DNA of 64,000 nt from Phoronis australis (lineage: Eukaryota > Animalia > Phoronida), in contig NMRA01000225.1 of NCBI GenBank assembly GCA_002633005.1, positions 179,297-243,296 on the forward strand, written 5' to 3'. Below the pieces are notes generated by a model, which saw nothing but the letters and a program-made list of their open reading frames with translations, did not search any database and was not told the DNA's origin. The translations under genes and the position numbers were made by a program. Shown piece by piece: positions 1 to 13,559 of this stretch (within the stretch, counting starts at the first letter, position 1; each line of letters begins with the position of its first letter).

Positions 1-720
1 AAACTAAAATTTTGAGCTAGACACTTCAACTTGACAGGTCTGATTGTCACAGGTAAATCAAATCGGAATCCAAATTTTGAGGTCATTTAGTGCAAACATG
101 GGGTCATTAGGTGCATTTTTCTTCTGAAAATTTGACCTTTTCAATCAGCAAGTATTCTGATGTGTCAACCGTTAGACAACTGTGATTCTCAGCGTTAAAT
201 AATTCTCCTAAAGATGCTTAAAATGCACCGGATAACATCAATTAGTGCACAGACCATGTAACGTTCAAAATGTTATATCTCTTACGTTTTTCAAGGAATT
301 CTTTTCAATTTCAGCCCACTGGTGTAAGTCAACATGCCAATTAATACCCTACTTTACTTCGCAATAGGCCAAACCAATCAGAAAAAATAGGTCATAGGTC
401 ATTGAGTGCAAACTAAAATTATGAGCTAGAGACTTCAGAATTACGTATCTGTTTACTAAGAGCGATTGAGTATAAATTCTAAGTTTTCAGGTCATTTGGT
501 GCACCCATGGGGTCATTAGGTGCATTTTTCTTCTGAATGATTGACCACTTCATTCATCTTGTATTCTGAAGTGCTTAAAGTAAAACAACTGTGGTTATTA
601 GCATTAACCACACTTTTAATCGAGTTAACAATTACTCCCTCATCGGGGCTCATAATGCACCGGAAGAGGTCAATTAGTGGAAAGGTCATCAAAAAATTAA
701 TACGTAATTTCTCCTACAAT
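1..720. repeat. Diverged tandem repeat, ~410-bp unit (~1.7 copies visible, runs off the window start)
   Basis: AAACTAAAATT(T/A)TGAGCTAGA(C/G)ACTTCA at 1 and 411. GGTCATTTRGTGCA..CATGGGGTCATTAGGTGCATTTTTCTTCTGAA at ~82 and ~490. Confidence 0.75.
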
Positions 721-1141
721 TTTAAAGAATTCCTCTTCATATTGGTAAACGGATTGCTGTCAGTAACTTCCCATAATAATTCCAGTAATACGCACTCGCA
801 GAGTCTGTTATTGTCACGCCGTGACAATAATCTTTCTAGTTCATCATTATTCCTACTTCATATCATTTTAAAATGCATCTGCATACTCATTTCATGACAT
901 ACGGGCAATTTCGCGTGCACATGAAATCTGATCATAGTTTCTAGTTGTACTGGTCAGCTAGAGACGGTGATCACTGCAGTCACAGGCGCTTGGGTTTATC
1001 GCAAATGACGTCACTCAATAATATATATAAGAAAACATAAAGGTTGGACACTTAAACTTTGCCAAGCCGAGGCTCCCAAGTTCAACCGTCCAAAATCCAA
1101 ATAAAGTCTGCGTGCACCTCCCTCAGTCTGGTGTTGCATAA

Positions 1142-4100
1142 TAGTCCAGGCCCTTTACACCTCGGATTAAAGCACCAAATTTGGCACACTGGTACTTTTT
1201 GACATGCTGAATCTCATGGGGGTTGGTTGCCCAAATTTTGAGGTCAAAGTCAAGGTCAAACCCTGAAAAATAAAATGGCCGCCAAGTAACACTTCTTTGG
1301 TTGCTTAAAGAAGTGATCACACATTTTAAGGCTAGGTAATGGTACTTTCTTAACTAGAATTCTATCAAAATGACATTGCAATATATTTTCTTTATAATAT
1401 GAAAACCCCTCATTTGCATAAATCCAATATGGCGGCCAAAATTTAACGAACCAACTACAATTTTTACAAAAGCATCTATTTTGATCTGGTGCAAGACTAA
1501 TAATACAAAAACAAATAGGTTCTCTTGCCAAAAATGAACTCGATTTATCATTAATTTGTACAATTATTATGAAAATTCGGTTGATGTTATGATAAAGAGA
1601 CCAATATATGCATAACACTTGACAGACTACCAAAAACTCGGAGGCCAGCTTTGATAAATGACGTTAATATGCTTGTTCTAGCTCCTGTCTACGTAATATA
1701 AACCGATTGTCAATTGCTTATAATATCAACACAATAAAACGGATTAATGTCAAATTGTCACTGTAGCTCACATAATTCAATTAACACTATCATCTGTTCC
1801 TTTGCGCCAAAACGAACCACGATGTCACTGACATGTTCCCTGGCATTTGCTAAGCGTTGTGCATGCTAAGGAATCACATCCACATCACTTGCCGCATAGT
1901 TGTAAACTCTTGCAACCACACATAATGAGCAGCTTAAACGCTTTGGAGACTTCAGGCATGTCTGTCCAGCCTGGTGTCCATTGTTGGTCTGTGTCTCTCT
2001 ACCATCCAAACCCCTCTGGACCCCTCTGCCAGCTTGATACAAGCATTTGTTAACATTCTTTATCAGTGGAGATTGGGTAAGCGATAAATTTGGCACGATC
2101 TGAACTTTTGGGGGGAAGCTTCTTTTGTAAAGTATTGACCTGGCTGGTTTTGTCTTTTCGATGATAAACGAGACATGTAAATGTCATTTGTTTTGAACTC
2201 CTGACTGTCGATGGTGAGTTGCTGAAAGAAATTAAAGTTGCCGGCATGAGAATGCCTGAGTAGCATCAGGGTTAGCTTTCCAGGTCTTTCATGCTGTTTT
2301 CTTTCCTTCTCCATAGAACTGGGATGTTGTATCCGACCCTGTTAAGGCATGAAACTGGTAGAGCTACACACAAATCGTACCCAAGCTGGTCAAACACGCT
2401 ACTGGCCAAGAGCTCCCGCGCGTTCTTTCCAGCTTTAACCACTACCCGTACTAGAATTGCTGGCTACAAAGCCTTAAACAGATCAAACCGCCAATAAGAA
2501 CGACCACAACATCAGTATCCATTGTAGTAACCAGTATTCTCTGATTACCTTTGATGAAACGTCTGCAATGTACAAGCCCATAGGGGTGTCCGACTCCTCA
2601 TGATCGCACGGCGGTATGTCAGAACCAGAGGAAAGAACAGACTGGCCGTAGGTAACACATATATCTTGTTCTGGAGAACAGGCGATTGTCAAACAATTCC
2701 TCTTTATTCTTCGAGTTTTGCAAGAAATTCTGGAAGTTCAGACAGTCGCATTTGGGGTGAAACTTAGGCAAGGTCACCCGAACCTCTATCAGCTTTTGCG
2801 GTGGCCTTCAATCTGCCTTCGGTGTAAGCATCTGCAAACACAATGTCAACTCTACTACAGTTGCGAAGTTTAGAATGTGTCCACCGAACTGTTCGAATGT
2901 CTCTGATTCGTGTGGAGAAAAGCTGTACACAATATCTGGTCGATCAAAGACTTTGACATCGACGGATTCAGGAACGTCTGGATGAGGAAATTCCAACATG
3001 TTACGTAACTGTGACTTCTGTGAAGGTAAACGGAGACTGCCGTTTTGGTTCAGGGATGGTGGCCAAGAATGATTCTCATGCATAAGAAAATCATCCAGGT
3101 TAGCTTCTAGAAATTGACTATCTACAAAAAGCTGACTAAGCTGCAGTCTTTCTTGATGTCATCCATGTGTTGCTGAGTTGGCTCTTTTTGCCTTCCCGCT
3201 AGCTTTTTTGAAAACGGCATACTTGTTTTTTCTTGATGGGAGCCTTTATTGGTTGTGACTTTACAATTAGGACTGTTTGCTTATAGTTGTCATATTGCTG
3301 TTTTCCAGTCACTTCGATAATCTGAAGACTTGTAGCGTATCTATCGTCATAAGTTTATCACCATGGACAAAGAAAGGGTTTCTCTTGGCTGAAATTACAT
3401 CTTACACCACACAAACTGTTCACATGGTTTTTAAAGTTGTTCTGGAAGGATGTCCTGTCTTTGTGGTGGCTTGTCTCCTCACTATTGTCTTCAAAACGCT
3501 ATTGACAATCAAACTCAGTCACCAACCAGGCTAGCTCGTTCCCAAACACTACTCTGTCAAAGCGTTTGGATTTTCAGTTAATCCAATAGCCCCATCACTG
3601 TCTTTGACTAAGGCATTATTTTGTTGATCCGCTTGGTCAATTGCAATAGCACAGAATCTTTACTGTGTCTTTGAAAACACCCAGTGTTTCTTCAGATGTT
3701 GTCATACGTTAGCTGACATAGCTGTCATGTCTTGGATGTGGAAAGGGACCCATCTTGCATAATTTTGAAGGTCAAGAGCAAGGAAATAGAGCACAAGAAA
3801 TTCAAGGACATCAATGTACAGTGGCAAGTTGCCTTCGCTATGAGCAAGGACGAACATCAAGATCAGTAAAATCACATTTCAGAAATCAAATTTTGGACTT
3901 CTTGTTTGGTTATCACTTTTCCAGCCGGAGAAAGATGTTGGTCGAAAACTTCACCTTCATTTCCCACAATAAGAAAGGGTTCTTCCTGAAGCTTTGCCAG
4001 AGATGTGCATGTCATTTTCGAGTCAAGTGCGAAGCTTGAAGAAAGGAATCAGCCCTATCAACTGTAGCCACTGAGGCCTGTGGCCAGAAGCAGGCAGTAT

Positions 4101-5861
4101 GAATACGTCATAGTAATTTAACGAGAGCTGATGTATCGTTTCAGCTCAGGTAACCAGCCGTCTCCGAAACATTTCTATTAATTGTGCCTATGGCTTGTTA
4201 TTCAGAAAATGTACGTTATCTCAACTGCTTTCAATAACGTTTTAGAACAATCTGTTGTCGGGCAATTACTAGTGGTGACTCTGGAGTAGGGCATTGCTTA
4301 AACAACTTGGCCTTGGGAAGAATCTACTGCGAAATCAAAGTGTAATTTTTGTAGATATTATTTATCGGAATAGGGCTGTTGGAAAAATTAGTCTCTTATG
4401 CCATATTAAACAACTTACATTGTATTTATGAGAATAGCTACTGTACTGATTTAAACAGGAAATCCATGCTCCTGTCTTCAGATGTGCTGAAGTCCACCAA
4501 AAGTCATAACGCGAAATATTCGTGATAGAATCTTAGGGGTTACAGGGACTATAAACGTGACACGCTTTTATCAGCGATTTCAATAGTCTATTACCCATTA
4601 GGGCTGTAGGGGCAATAAACATGAAAATTACGTCTGGCAATGGAACTTAACGCCATCAGGAAATGTGTATAGGCGTGAAATCGCATTTTACTCAAAGGTT
4701 TGTGGAAATCTCAGGAATTTCCACCTATTCGAAAATGAGGCGAGGTTTTTTGGGTCGGTCTATCACCACCAAACGCGATATGATTACCTCCAATCAGTTA
4801 AATCAATTTAGGATATTTTCATATACATAGTTACTCAAAAAAGCACATACCTAAATTAGTAAATCTCATTCAAAATAACATTACAAGAACAATGAACTGG
4901 AGGTCAACCTCATGCGGGTCTCGGACCTGATGTAACCTGCTTGGGTACTGTTGTCTGGATGAGCAAGGGTCAGCTTCTGTTGTTACATAATATGTCAACA
5001 CAACTAACTGGATGGACACAAATCTTAAAAATAGACATTGGCTTATAGGACATGTTCCTCAAGACAGTCATTATGCCTGGACCTGTTTTAAAGTATAGTG
5101 CAACAAGGGCTTCACCTTATTGTGATACAACAAGTAAAACCTGACTTTTTTATTTCATTCTACTGGAAACCATAAATGACCTAAATTAATTTAATTGGTT
5201 TAGTTTATGTGACAATCAAGTTCAAACTAAAATATAAACTCATTAATTAACAAAGTTACCTTCAGCTATTATCAAATTAAAAATGATGATAAAAGTTTCA
5301 GCAATTGTTCTTTGAAAATTTAGCAAGATGTCCGATTTCCTTTAATTACGGAGACGATTTGTTACATAATTAACCATAAATATTGTAACAAAACATTTAA
5401 AAATGAATTTCTGTTAAAGGTAAAACATTTTAGAGTTCATTTAATGCATATTCATACTAGTTTGACAGTTTTTCTCAGCCAGAGAAAACAAATAGACTTA
5501 TTTTTCATTGAAAATGTATGTGCTATATTAATTAGGATAATTACCATCTTACGTGTCTGGAAAATTACTTTTTTTTACTTTTAACTTATTTGTACAAGTT
5601 ATTAACGTTAATTTTAAATAAAAATAAAGCCTCCTGTTTATCACCTGAAACAGTAATGAAACAGATATTTCGTCTGAAGCCATTTCAAAAAAAGTACCCA
5701 CATGACCTTTGACCTTGATTTGACCTTGACCTTGACCTCAAATTTCGGGCAACCGACCCCCATGAGATTCAGCGTGTCCCAAAGTATCTGTGCACCAGAT
5801 TTGGTGCTTTAATCCAGGGTGTAAATGTTTTGGGGTTTTTGGCTGCTAAGGGACCGGACTA
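1142..5861 (-). mobile_element. Academ DNA transposon, degenerate
   Basis: Termini TAGTCC...GGACTA with imperfect TIRs over 100 bp (1142-~1260 vs ~5715-5861). 3-bp TSD TAA (1139-1141, 5862-5864). Internal minus-strand transposase relic. Confidence 0.88.
1835..4300 (-). pseudogene. Academ-type transposase pseudogene (many stops and frameshifts)
   Basis: Minus-strand motifs FCAIAIDQADQQNNALVKDSDGAIGLTENPNAL (~3560-3657), HENHSWPPSLNQNGSLRLPSQKSQL...DVKVFD (2808-3083 ORF), CDHEESDT (2483-2692 ORF), and a C-terminal Cys cluster LIMCGCKS..C...CGC..LACTTLSKCQGTC (~1840-1930). These match Academ transposase motifs as I recall them. 5' limit approximate. Confidence 0.8.
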
Positions 5862-6956
5862 TAAACCTTCGAAGCCTTATCTTTCCTAGATCCCATTAAC
5901 TGTCTTCGTGAGTGGTGAATTGGCGATGGAATTTCCTCAAAACTCTGAATTCAAGGACTTGAAATAGTAAACGTGGCGGATTTCAGTTGTGCTGCTGTCG
6001 TAGGTGAAACTTCGAGTTTGAGCAAGCAACCTATATTTCAAATTCAATAATTCTAATCCAAAACTCAACTAATTGAGAATGTTAAAGTTAGTATTTTAAT
6101 GATTATTTGCAACTTTATTCCACTGACGGCTCATTTTAGCCCTTAACTTAGAATGTTATTACATAAACTGGCGTATCTTGTTTCTCATCTTCTTGACATC
6201 ACGCACTTTTTGATTGAAGCACAACACACACTCGGCCAGGAAACGCAGTCCGTGCAAGTATTACAATGCGCGTGGCCGACGAGTTAACTCAATGGTTTTG
6301 GCCAAAAGTAAAACCTTCATAAGAAATCACAGTACACAAAAACTTCGCATATCAATACAGTATCAGGATAATTTATATTTGACACAAATATGTGAGTAAT
6401 TACATTTATTTGGCAATAAAGTGCTCTCTCTGCTTCTCATGATCAAGTAGTCGAGGGATTGATGATGAAAGCCGCGCGAAATTAGACTTTCGGATTTAGC
6501 TCGCGAGCGTCCTTCAAAAACCCGGATGTGCGATGACCGTCTGCCATGACATCACGGAATCACTTCCTTGAATTTGTGATTTTAGCATTCTTTTGGCATT
6601 TTTGTCGCCAAATCACCACTCGAAGGCAATTTGAAGAGCTCGAATGAAAGAAAATATTCTAAGAGTTGTCCGATGCTAGTTTCGTGGAGTTCCATGCACA
6701 TTTGAGTAGAAAATTCTGAGCAAACAGATTTCGAGTGTCCAACCTTTATGTTTTCTTATATAAATATTATTGAGTGACGTCATTTGCGATAAACCAAAGC
6801 GCCTGTGACTGCAGTCTACATGTCTCTACAAAGTGTTTTAGTGCCGTGGCGTTGTTTTCGGTATAGGGGCATCTAATATTCGAAGTATCGTTTATTTTTG
6901 CGTGTAAAAGTTTAAAAATTACATCTGAACTTCCAAGTTTAGATATTTTTGAAGCA

Positions 6957-7038
6957 GTGAACCTTCGGAGTAGTGAATCTTCGAAGTAGTAAACCTTCAG
7001 AATAGTGAACCTTTGGACTTGTGAACCTTCGAAATAGT
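6957..7038. repeat. 16-bp minisatellite, ~5 copies (GTGAACCTTCGGARTA-like)
   Basis: gtgaaccttcggagta gtgaatcttcgaagta gtaaaccttcagaata gtgaacctttggactt gtgaaccttcgaaata, read directly. Confidence 0.85.
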
Positions 7039-8296
7039 AGGCTGTTCCTATTTCTGAGATGTACATGTAAGCAACTTAAGTACATGCAACACGTAAAAAT
7101 ACAACCAGATAAACAATTTCGTCAAGTCATTCGCCGACTAAGCTTCATATTTCCGTCCGAGTACGTAATGAGGTGTCATCACTCATTTAAGCATGGCATA
7201 TTTGAAATTTTGGCAGGAGGTAATGCGAGAACGTTCTCTTTCTTACATCCAAATTTGTGTCCTGTTCTTTGCAAGCAACCGTCCCAGAATTCTCATTAAT
7301 TTTCTGGCATTACAAATTCCTTGTCATCTCACGAACATAGAGCTGAAAGTGACCGTTATGTATACAGATTTCCCTCCCCGCTAATTAATCTGCGTCAAGG
7401 GCCTTACCGAAAACTCTACAGTGTCGACGTTTGCTACATATCAAAAGTCCACTGCCACAGGCTACAGGCCTGAAGTTGTTTATTAATGAGTTTTAGAATC
7501 GCTTCTATGCACGATTTAACGTTATTTTGCGAGCCACATATTATGTTGCACCTAAATGCCTTGCTCATGAAAATGCCCACGAAGACAGCGTGCCCCCGCA
7601 GTGCTCCGGAGACAGGGGGATCCCTGCCCTAGGCTCGCGCTAGACTTTTAAACGTATTATGCAAAGTGGCTACAGCATCTGAAAACTTTTAGCCATTTTC
7701 AAAAAATATTTAGCCAAATGCTTTCTCTTTTCCCAACCCCTGCAAATGATAAAAATACAGTTACACCGACCAAACGTTTTATTTTTCATGTTATGCACAG
7801 GCCTTTTTTTAAACGTACTATAAGAAGAGACAATTGCCTTAAAAAAAGAATGGTCAACATTCCAAGGTCATATAGCTACCTAATAATTTGGAAGGGATAC
7901 CAGCCAGCATGGGTTTTATTACGACCTAAAAGTTTGGGTAGAGGTTTCCCTCTATACTGCGTGCGTATGAAGCCGGCCACATATGAGCATTTAAACGATG
8001 TTCGGACCTTAAAGAATTTGGTCAGGGTTTCGCCCCTATCCCCTGGTTACGGTGGGGGTACGACAGCCACATGGGCATTTTGGTGACGACATTCAGGTCA
8101 AAAACGTAAACATAACTTGAGACTTGCGAAATAAAGGTGAATCGTGCAGAGTGGTAAATATAAAACTCCTTAACTAACAAATTGACATTTACGTTACGTT
8201 TCCGAATTGCAAATGCGTCCCAGTCTCTTAATATCTTTTTTCAGGGCCCTCAGCTGAATCGTGCAGAGTAGTGAATATCAAACTCATTCAATTGAT

Positions 8297-8612
8297 TTTG
8301 GGGCCGAATATCGACCCCATTCCCTTCCCAATATTGAACAATCACTCTAAATTACCGTCATCAAGCCCAAAACTTCCCCTTAGGTGATTGAAAAGTTCCC
8401 CTCGAGGTTCAAACCATAGGTAACTCAACAGGTCACCACTTGAAGGAGCGCAAAATGCTACTTTTCGATATACTTGAGGCAGAGCCTATGAGGTGTTGCA
8501 ACAGGGTGGGGGTGCTATTGATGGTGATCGGGAGGTAGAATTTCCCCTCAGCCCAAAGAATTTCCCTCTTAGAAGTCACAGGCACATTCCTCTCGGATAA
8601 TCGAGGACCCTT
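8297..8612 (+). repeat. Interspersed repeat, copy 1 (direct copy at ~33219-33530)
   Basis: Shared blocks TTTGGGGCCSAATATCG.CCC.ATTCCC and GAGGCAGAGCCTATGAG...TTGCAACAGGG.GGGGGTGCTATTGATGGTGAT.GGGAGGTAGA. Confidence 0.75.
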
Positions 8613-8997
8613 TTTTACATTTGAAACCTTTTAGCGAGCTGACTAAGTGTGACATGAGACGCAGTCTGACTTAAAAATAGGTAATAAACTCGTTCTTCCC
8701 GTCGTCTGCGCGTTTTACTCCTTGGAAAGAAAAACTGTCAGTGTCAAGTCTCAAAAAGTAGTTGACAAGACAAATTGTGTGCTGAAACTTGGTAAATACG
8801 GCGCGCCAAAGAATGCCATCTGTACATTAGAGGTTATAATTACGTCAGCCTTGCCCAGCCTGAGTTTTGCAGTGACACAGAAATTAGAAGTGGCGCAAAT
8901 TACCCCACTTCGATTAAATGAAGTAAGTTGTCACAATTGCGGTAAGTTATACTATAGTTTAAACAGCATCCACACAGCCTCCAAACCTAGCGACAAC

Positions 8998-9027
8998 ATG
9001 GTCCAGCTTGGAAAAACCTGCTCCAGG
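8998..9027 (+). CDS. Ig-superfamily gene, putative first coding exon (MVQLGKTCSR)
   Basis: ACAACATGG Kozak-like start. Strong donor AGG|GTAAGT at 9028, phase 0. It joins in frame to the CAG acceptor at 9077-9079 to give the signal peptide MVQLGKTCSRSWVQFNTALLLLLAGVVDA. Confidence 0.6.
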
Positions 9028-9079
9028 GTAAGTCTGTGTGTGTACGTCACTCTACAAGCATATACTATTTGCTGTGCAG

Positions 9080-9488
9080 TCGTGGGTGCAATTCAACACT
9101 GCGTTGCTGTTGTTGCTTGCAGGTGTTGTTGATGCAGCTCTTGATGTGAATGTTCCTAGTGAGGTCATCGCTGTCAAAGGAGGCTCTGCTGTATTTGAAA
9201 TCGGCTACACAGAGAGCGGTGGTGATTCCTTCGACACTGTTAGTTTGTCGAAGGGTTCCATTCATGTGTTTAAAGCACCTGCTTCTACTATGGGCGTGTT
9301 TAATGTCAACGGATCATTCTCAGGACTCTACAAACACCGTAGTTCTACTAACTATTATTATCAAAGGACTCAATTCACCATCACTCTAACTGGAGTTAAA
9401 AGAAGTGACGAGGGAGAGTACATTATAAAGTTTACTAAAAACGTCAATGTAGCTGTCCCAACCATTGTTACTCGACTTGTGTTGGATG
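9080..9488 (+). CDS. Ig-superfamily gene exon: signal-peptide core plus V-type Ig domain lacking Cys and Trp
   Basis: Hydrophobic ALLLLLAGVVDA, then V-set pattern VIAVKGGSAVFEI...FTITLTGVKRSDEGEYII...TRLVLD. 409 nt, open. Ends with a phase-1 donor G|GTAAGG at 9489, as is typical of Ig-domain exons. Confidence 0.8.
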
Positions 9489-10463
9489 GTAAGGCTTTGC
9501 ATTAGAAATGTTGATGTTTGCCATGGAACGAGAATGTTCGTTGATTAGTTTGGATTTTGAGTCTTGGGTCTTGCTCTTTCCGATATATCAGACCTGTGTA
9601 CGTATGCAAAAAATTCTCACTCGCATGGAAATTTGGCTTGTAATACGCAAGTCATACTCACGATCAAGCATAATTATGCAAATTCGAAGCCAATTATTTA
9701 CCGAGCTATTACTTACTGAAAAGCTATTAATAGCAATGGTACAAGAATATATTCATATTATTGTAACTAAAAAATGTGAGCTCTGAAGTCTGAAACTTTC
9801 TGCGATTCATTCTAAATATATCTAAGTTATCAACGAATCGCAAGTTTTTTTCTATGGATCTCTGGCCTTAACTATAAACATCGTCTTCTGTGATTGGTAG
9901 ATTGATTAGTTCGGACTATGTCCGACTAAATACATACTGTTGTTAAAATGATATACGATGCATGTTCTGAACTATCTTCTAAAAGAAGGGAACAATTTCT
10001 TTGCCACGTTGTGTCTTATGGAAGGTACTGTGGAATCTGTTAACAAGTAACACGTACATGTATTCTTGCGAATGTAGTGACTGCACTGACTTCGCAATGG
10101 TCGAGCCATCAGTGCAGCCGTTGGAGAATTTCTCGCTTACACTGGTCACCGCTCTGACTCCCTAAGCCCCAGACAAGTTTTATGATCTCTACTTAGCACT
10201 CCCTTTGTATTGATGTACATGTAGATCTGAGCTAATGAAGTGGAAAGGTAATAGCTAGCCATCTTAGTTGTCTTCACAGGTGTTCCGTTACAATTACAAG
10301 CTAACTGTCGAAATTGGCGCATTTCCGCAAATGGCAATTTTCCGGTTAGTGTAAAGTAGTTCGGTATGCACTAAGCCATAAGCGATGTTTCAAAAGTTAT
10401 TGACATCTAATCTAGTCACTGTGTGTTGTTTATAGATGTTTCGATGTAGCTATTTGGCTTTAA

Positions 10464-11856
10464 AGGCGAAGGCAACCTTTTTCCATGTCATTTTGAGCTA
10501 AAATAAGGTTGGTTGGTTATCCTAGACATATTTTTCACTTAATTACAGCTTTTCGTAATTTTAGTAATTACTCGTCCGCTTTTCCGGAAGTGACGTTTTA
10601 GGAGGCAAGCGCTTCCCGCCACTTGGTTTTGCGTTGAGCTTACTGTGCGAATCTGTTCTATTCTACTTTTGTTTTGTGCTATTTTTCACCAATTGTCGCC
10701 ACCACTTTCCATCGGCNNNNNNNNNNNNNNNNNNNNNNNNNNNNNNNNNNNNNNNNNNNNNNNNNNNNNNNNNNNNNNNNNNNNNNNNNNNNNNNNNNNN
10801 NNNNNNNNNNNNNNNNNNNNNNNNNNNNNNNNNNNNNNNNNNNNNNNNNNNNNNNNNNNNNNNNNNNNNNNNNNNNNNNNNNNNNNNNNNNNNNNNNNNN
10901 NNNNNNNNNNNNNNNNNNNNNNNNNNNNNNNNNNNNNNNNNNNNNNNNNNNNNNNNNNNNNNNNNNNNNNNNNNNNNNNNNNNNNNNNNNNNNNNNNNNN
11001 NNNNNNNNNNNNNNNNNNNNNNNNNNNNNNNNNNNNNNNNNNNNNNNNNNNNNNNNNNNNNNNNNNNNNNNNNNNNNNNNNNNNNNNNNNNNNNNNNNNN
11101 NNNNNNNNNNNNNNNNNNNNNNNNNNNNNNNNNNNNNNNNNNNNNNNNNNNNNNNNNNNNNNNNNNNNNNNNNNNNNNNNNNNNNNNNNNNNNNNNNNNN
11201 NNNNNNNNNNNNNNNNNNNNNNNNNNNNNNNNNNNNNNNNNNNNNNNNNNNNNNNNNNNNNNNNNNNNNNNNNNNNNNNNNNNNNNNNNNNNNNNNNNNN
11301 NNNNNNNNNNNNNNNNNNNNNNNNNNNNNNNNNNNNNNNNNNNNNNNNNNNNNNNNNNNNNNNNNNNNNNNNNNNNNNNNNNNNNNNNNNNNNNNNNNNN
11401 NNNNNNNNNNNNNNNNNNNNNNNNNNNNNNNNNNNNNNNNNNNNNNNNNNNNNNNNNNNNNNNNNNNNNNNNNNNNNNNNNNNNNNNNNNNNNNNNNNNN
11501 NNNNNNNNNNNNNNNNNNNNNNNNNNNNNNNNNNNNNNNNNNNNNNNNNNNNNNNNNNNNNNNNNNNNNNNNNNNNNNNNNNNNNNNNNNNNNNNNNNNN
11601 NNNNNNNNNNNNNNNNNNNNNNGACGGAACTTAACACAACCGAGGTAGAACAATGACTGACTCGGCAGCTCTCACAGTCAGACTATGTGAAAAGAAATTG
11701 GCGGGAAGCGCTTGCCTCCTAAAACGTCACTTCCGGAAAAGCGGACGAATAATTAATAAAATTACGAAAAGCTGTAATTAAGTGAAAAATATGTCTAGGA
11801 TAACCAACCAACCTTATTTTAGCTCAAAATGACATGGAAAAAGGTTGCCTTCGCCT
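10464..11856. mobile_element. Kolobok-family non-autonomous element (interior in assembly gap)
   Basis: TTAA|AGGCGAAGGCAACC...GGTTGCCTTCGCCT|TTAA, with near-perfect TIRs of ~160 bp. Same family as 43114-44797, which carries THAP and KolX stubs. Confidence 0.88.
10717..11622. other. Assembly gap (N run)
   Basis: Ns in sequence. ORFs spanning it are artefacts. Confidence 1.
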
Positions 11857-13559
11857 TTAACGAAAGCTGTTGGTAAACGGGTTTTGAAAATTCGCTAGTA
11901 TGTACAGGCAGAGATGTTTACTACAGTTTACGGTCTGGTTATTTCACTTAATATTTGGGTCTTGCTCGCACGGGACAATGCGGTCATCGCAACTGAGTCC
12001 GACCCAAGTGCTATCCAAACTTTTGGTTTGTTTAGATATTGAATAATTTGCTGTGTTGCCTAGCCTAACATATTCCGCAGTTCTTTTTATTATTGAGTGT
12101 TAACTACTTTTTAACCTTCCGAACGCTTTACAGTAGATGAGGGTTAGAAACACAAAAATTACAAACAAGTTCATGGTTTAGGATGAACCCTAACATTCTC
12201 AATAATAATGAGCAATCTCATCTTTGAGATTCTGTTATTGACTAGAGTTATTCCTAGTCATATCAAAACAATTTCTTACTTTATAATAATATAAATTTCC
12301 TTTCTACTGTTGACACATGAAAATTGGATTTTTTAGAATGGCCAATCGTAACGCTAAAATGCATGAAATTCAGAGATAAAAAATTCTCAAGCAGGATCTG
12401 ATTTCGATAATTCTTTTTTATTTTGCATAAGTAAAAAACCCTCTTGTATATGTGATCAAGTTGTTGATTTTACATCTTTTGATACGCTACAAACAGAGTG
12501 TTTGCAATTATGTTGTCATTACCCCGCAAGTGCGCCATGTTGGAGGATAAGTGATGGCAGTGGTCAAGGATAGCAAGCAGAGTTATCACCGTGATTTGTT
12601 GGCTGTTAGTAATTGCCTTTCGTGCAACCCCCATTGAAATTAACCTGAGGCTTAGACCCCTATGAAATTTTGATATCGGAAGTGGGAAAATAGAGGCGGG
12701 GGTACGTAGAAACATATTGCTTTTAGATCGAGGATTTTGATGGGCTGAGCGTCCGAGCTTAAAAGTTTTACCACTGGTGCAACACTCGGCACTCAACTGG
12801 ACGCCCCTAAGTCGCATTTGGATACATGGCAAAAAACCCAGGTCACCAAAATGAAATCTGGGTTTATCAAGTCCAGTGTAGGAATCGTCAACTAAATAAA
12901 AAGACCGTACCATACCTCAGAATCTTTCAATTTCTCCACGTAAATCTCAGCAAACAAACGAACATAGAATGCAGACGATCCCATACACTGGAGGTGATTG
13001 GTTCACCGATCTTGCTCGCTTTTTGTCGAACTATTCCGAAGAAAGAATCTCGAGCTTGCGTTGCTGAGGCACAAAGATCTTTTCACTTGGGTCAAAGATG
13101 CTCTTTCTCATTGAAACATTTTTGTGTTAAACGTAACTATTGTGAACGTGGGAACAAGTACAAGGAAGACGATAAACAATCACAGGAACAGAGTGTATAT
13201 TATTGTACTTTCTTAAACATATTCGTAAATTTTCTGCGAGGTACAAAATGTAACAAATTCTCTCATTCAGACACGTGTCTTTCCATATTAACTGCAAGCG
13301 AAGTTTCAACATGAAAACAAATGAAGAATTATCCAAAATAAATTAAAAAGACAATGATGATAGCAAAATGAGTAGCTTTTCATCCGACCATGATCACCAG
13401 AACTATCTAGTTGGCTTGAGATGGGTTGAGTCGCACAATGCGCGGCTGAAGATGCCATAGAACTGAGGACTAATGAAACAGCGCTGTCTAGAAAGCGTAT
13501 GCAATGTCAAGTCTGCGAACGACAAAGCTACCCAGCTGTTTTTATTCACCCACATATCA

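Larger units (their letters stand above)
959..6828. mobile_element. Non-autonomous TIR DNA transposon (~1.15 kb once the nested Academ is removed), superfamily unassigned
   Basis: ~80-bp inverted repeat: 973-1052 (ACTGCAGTCACAGGCGCT...AAAGGTTGGACACT) vs ~6735-6815. It probably extends to TAGAGAC (959) and GTCTCTA (6828). TSD unresolved (TA possible). Confidence 0.7.

Noticed and set aside
10634-11656. Five ORFs of 324-340 aa in the ORF track
   Set aside because: They are read through the N gap.
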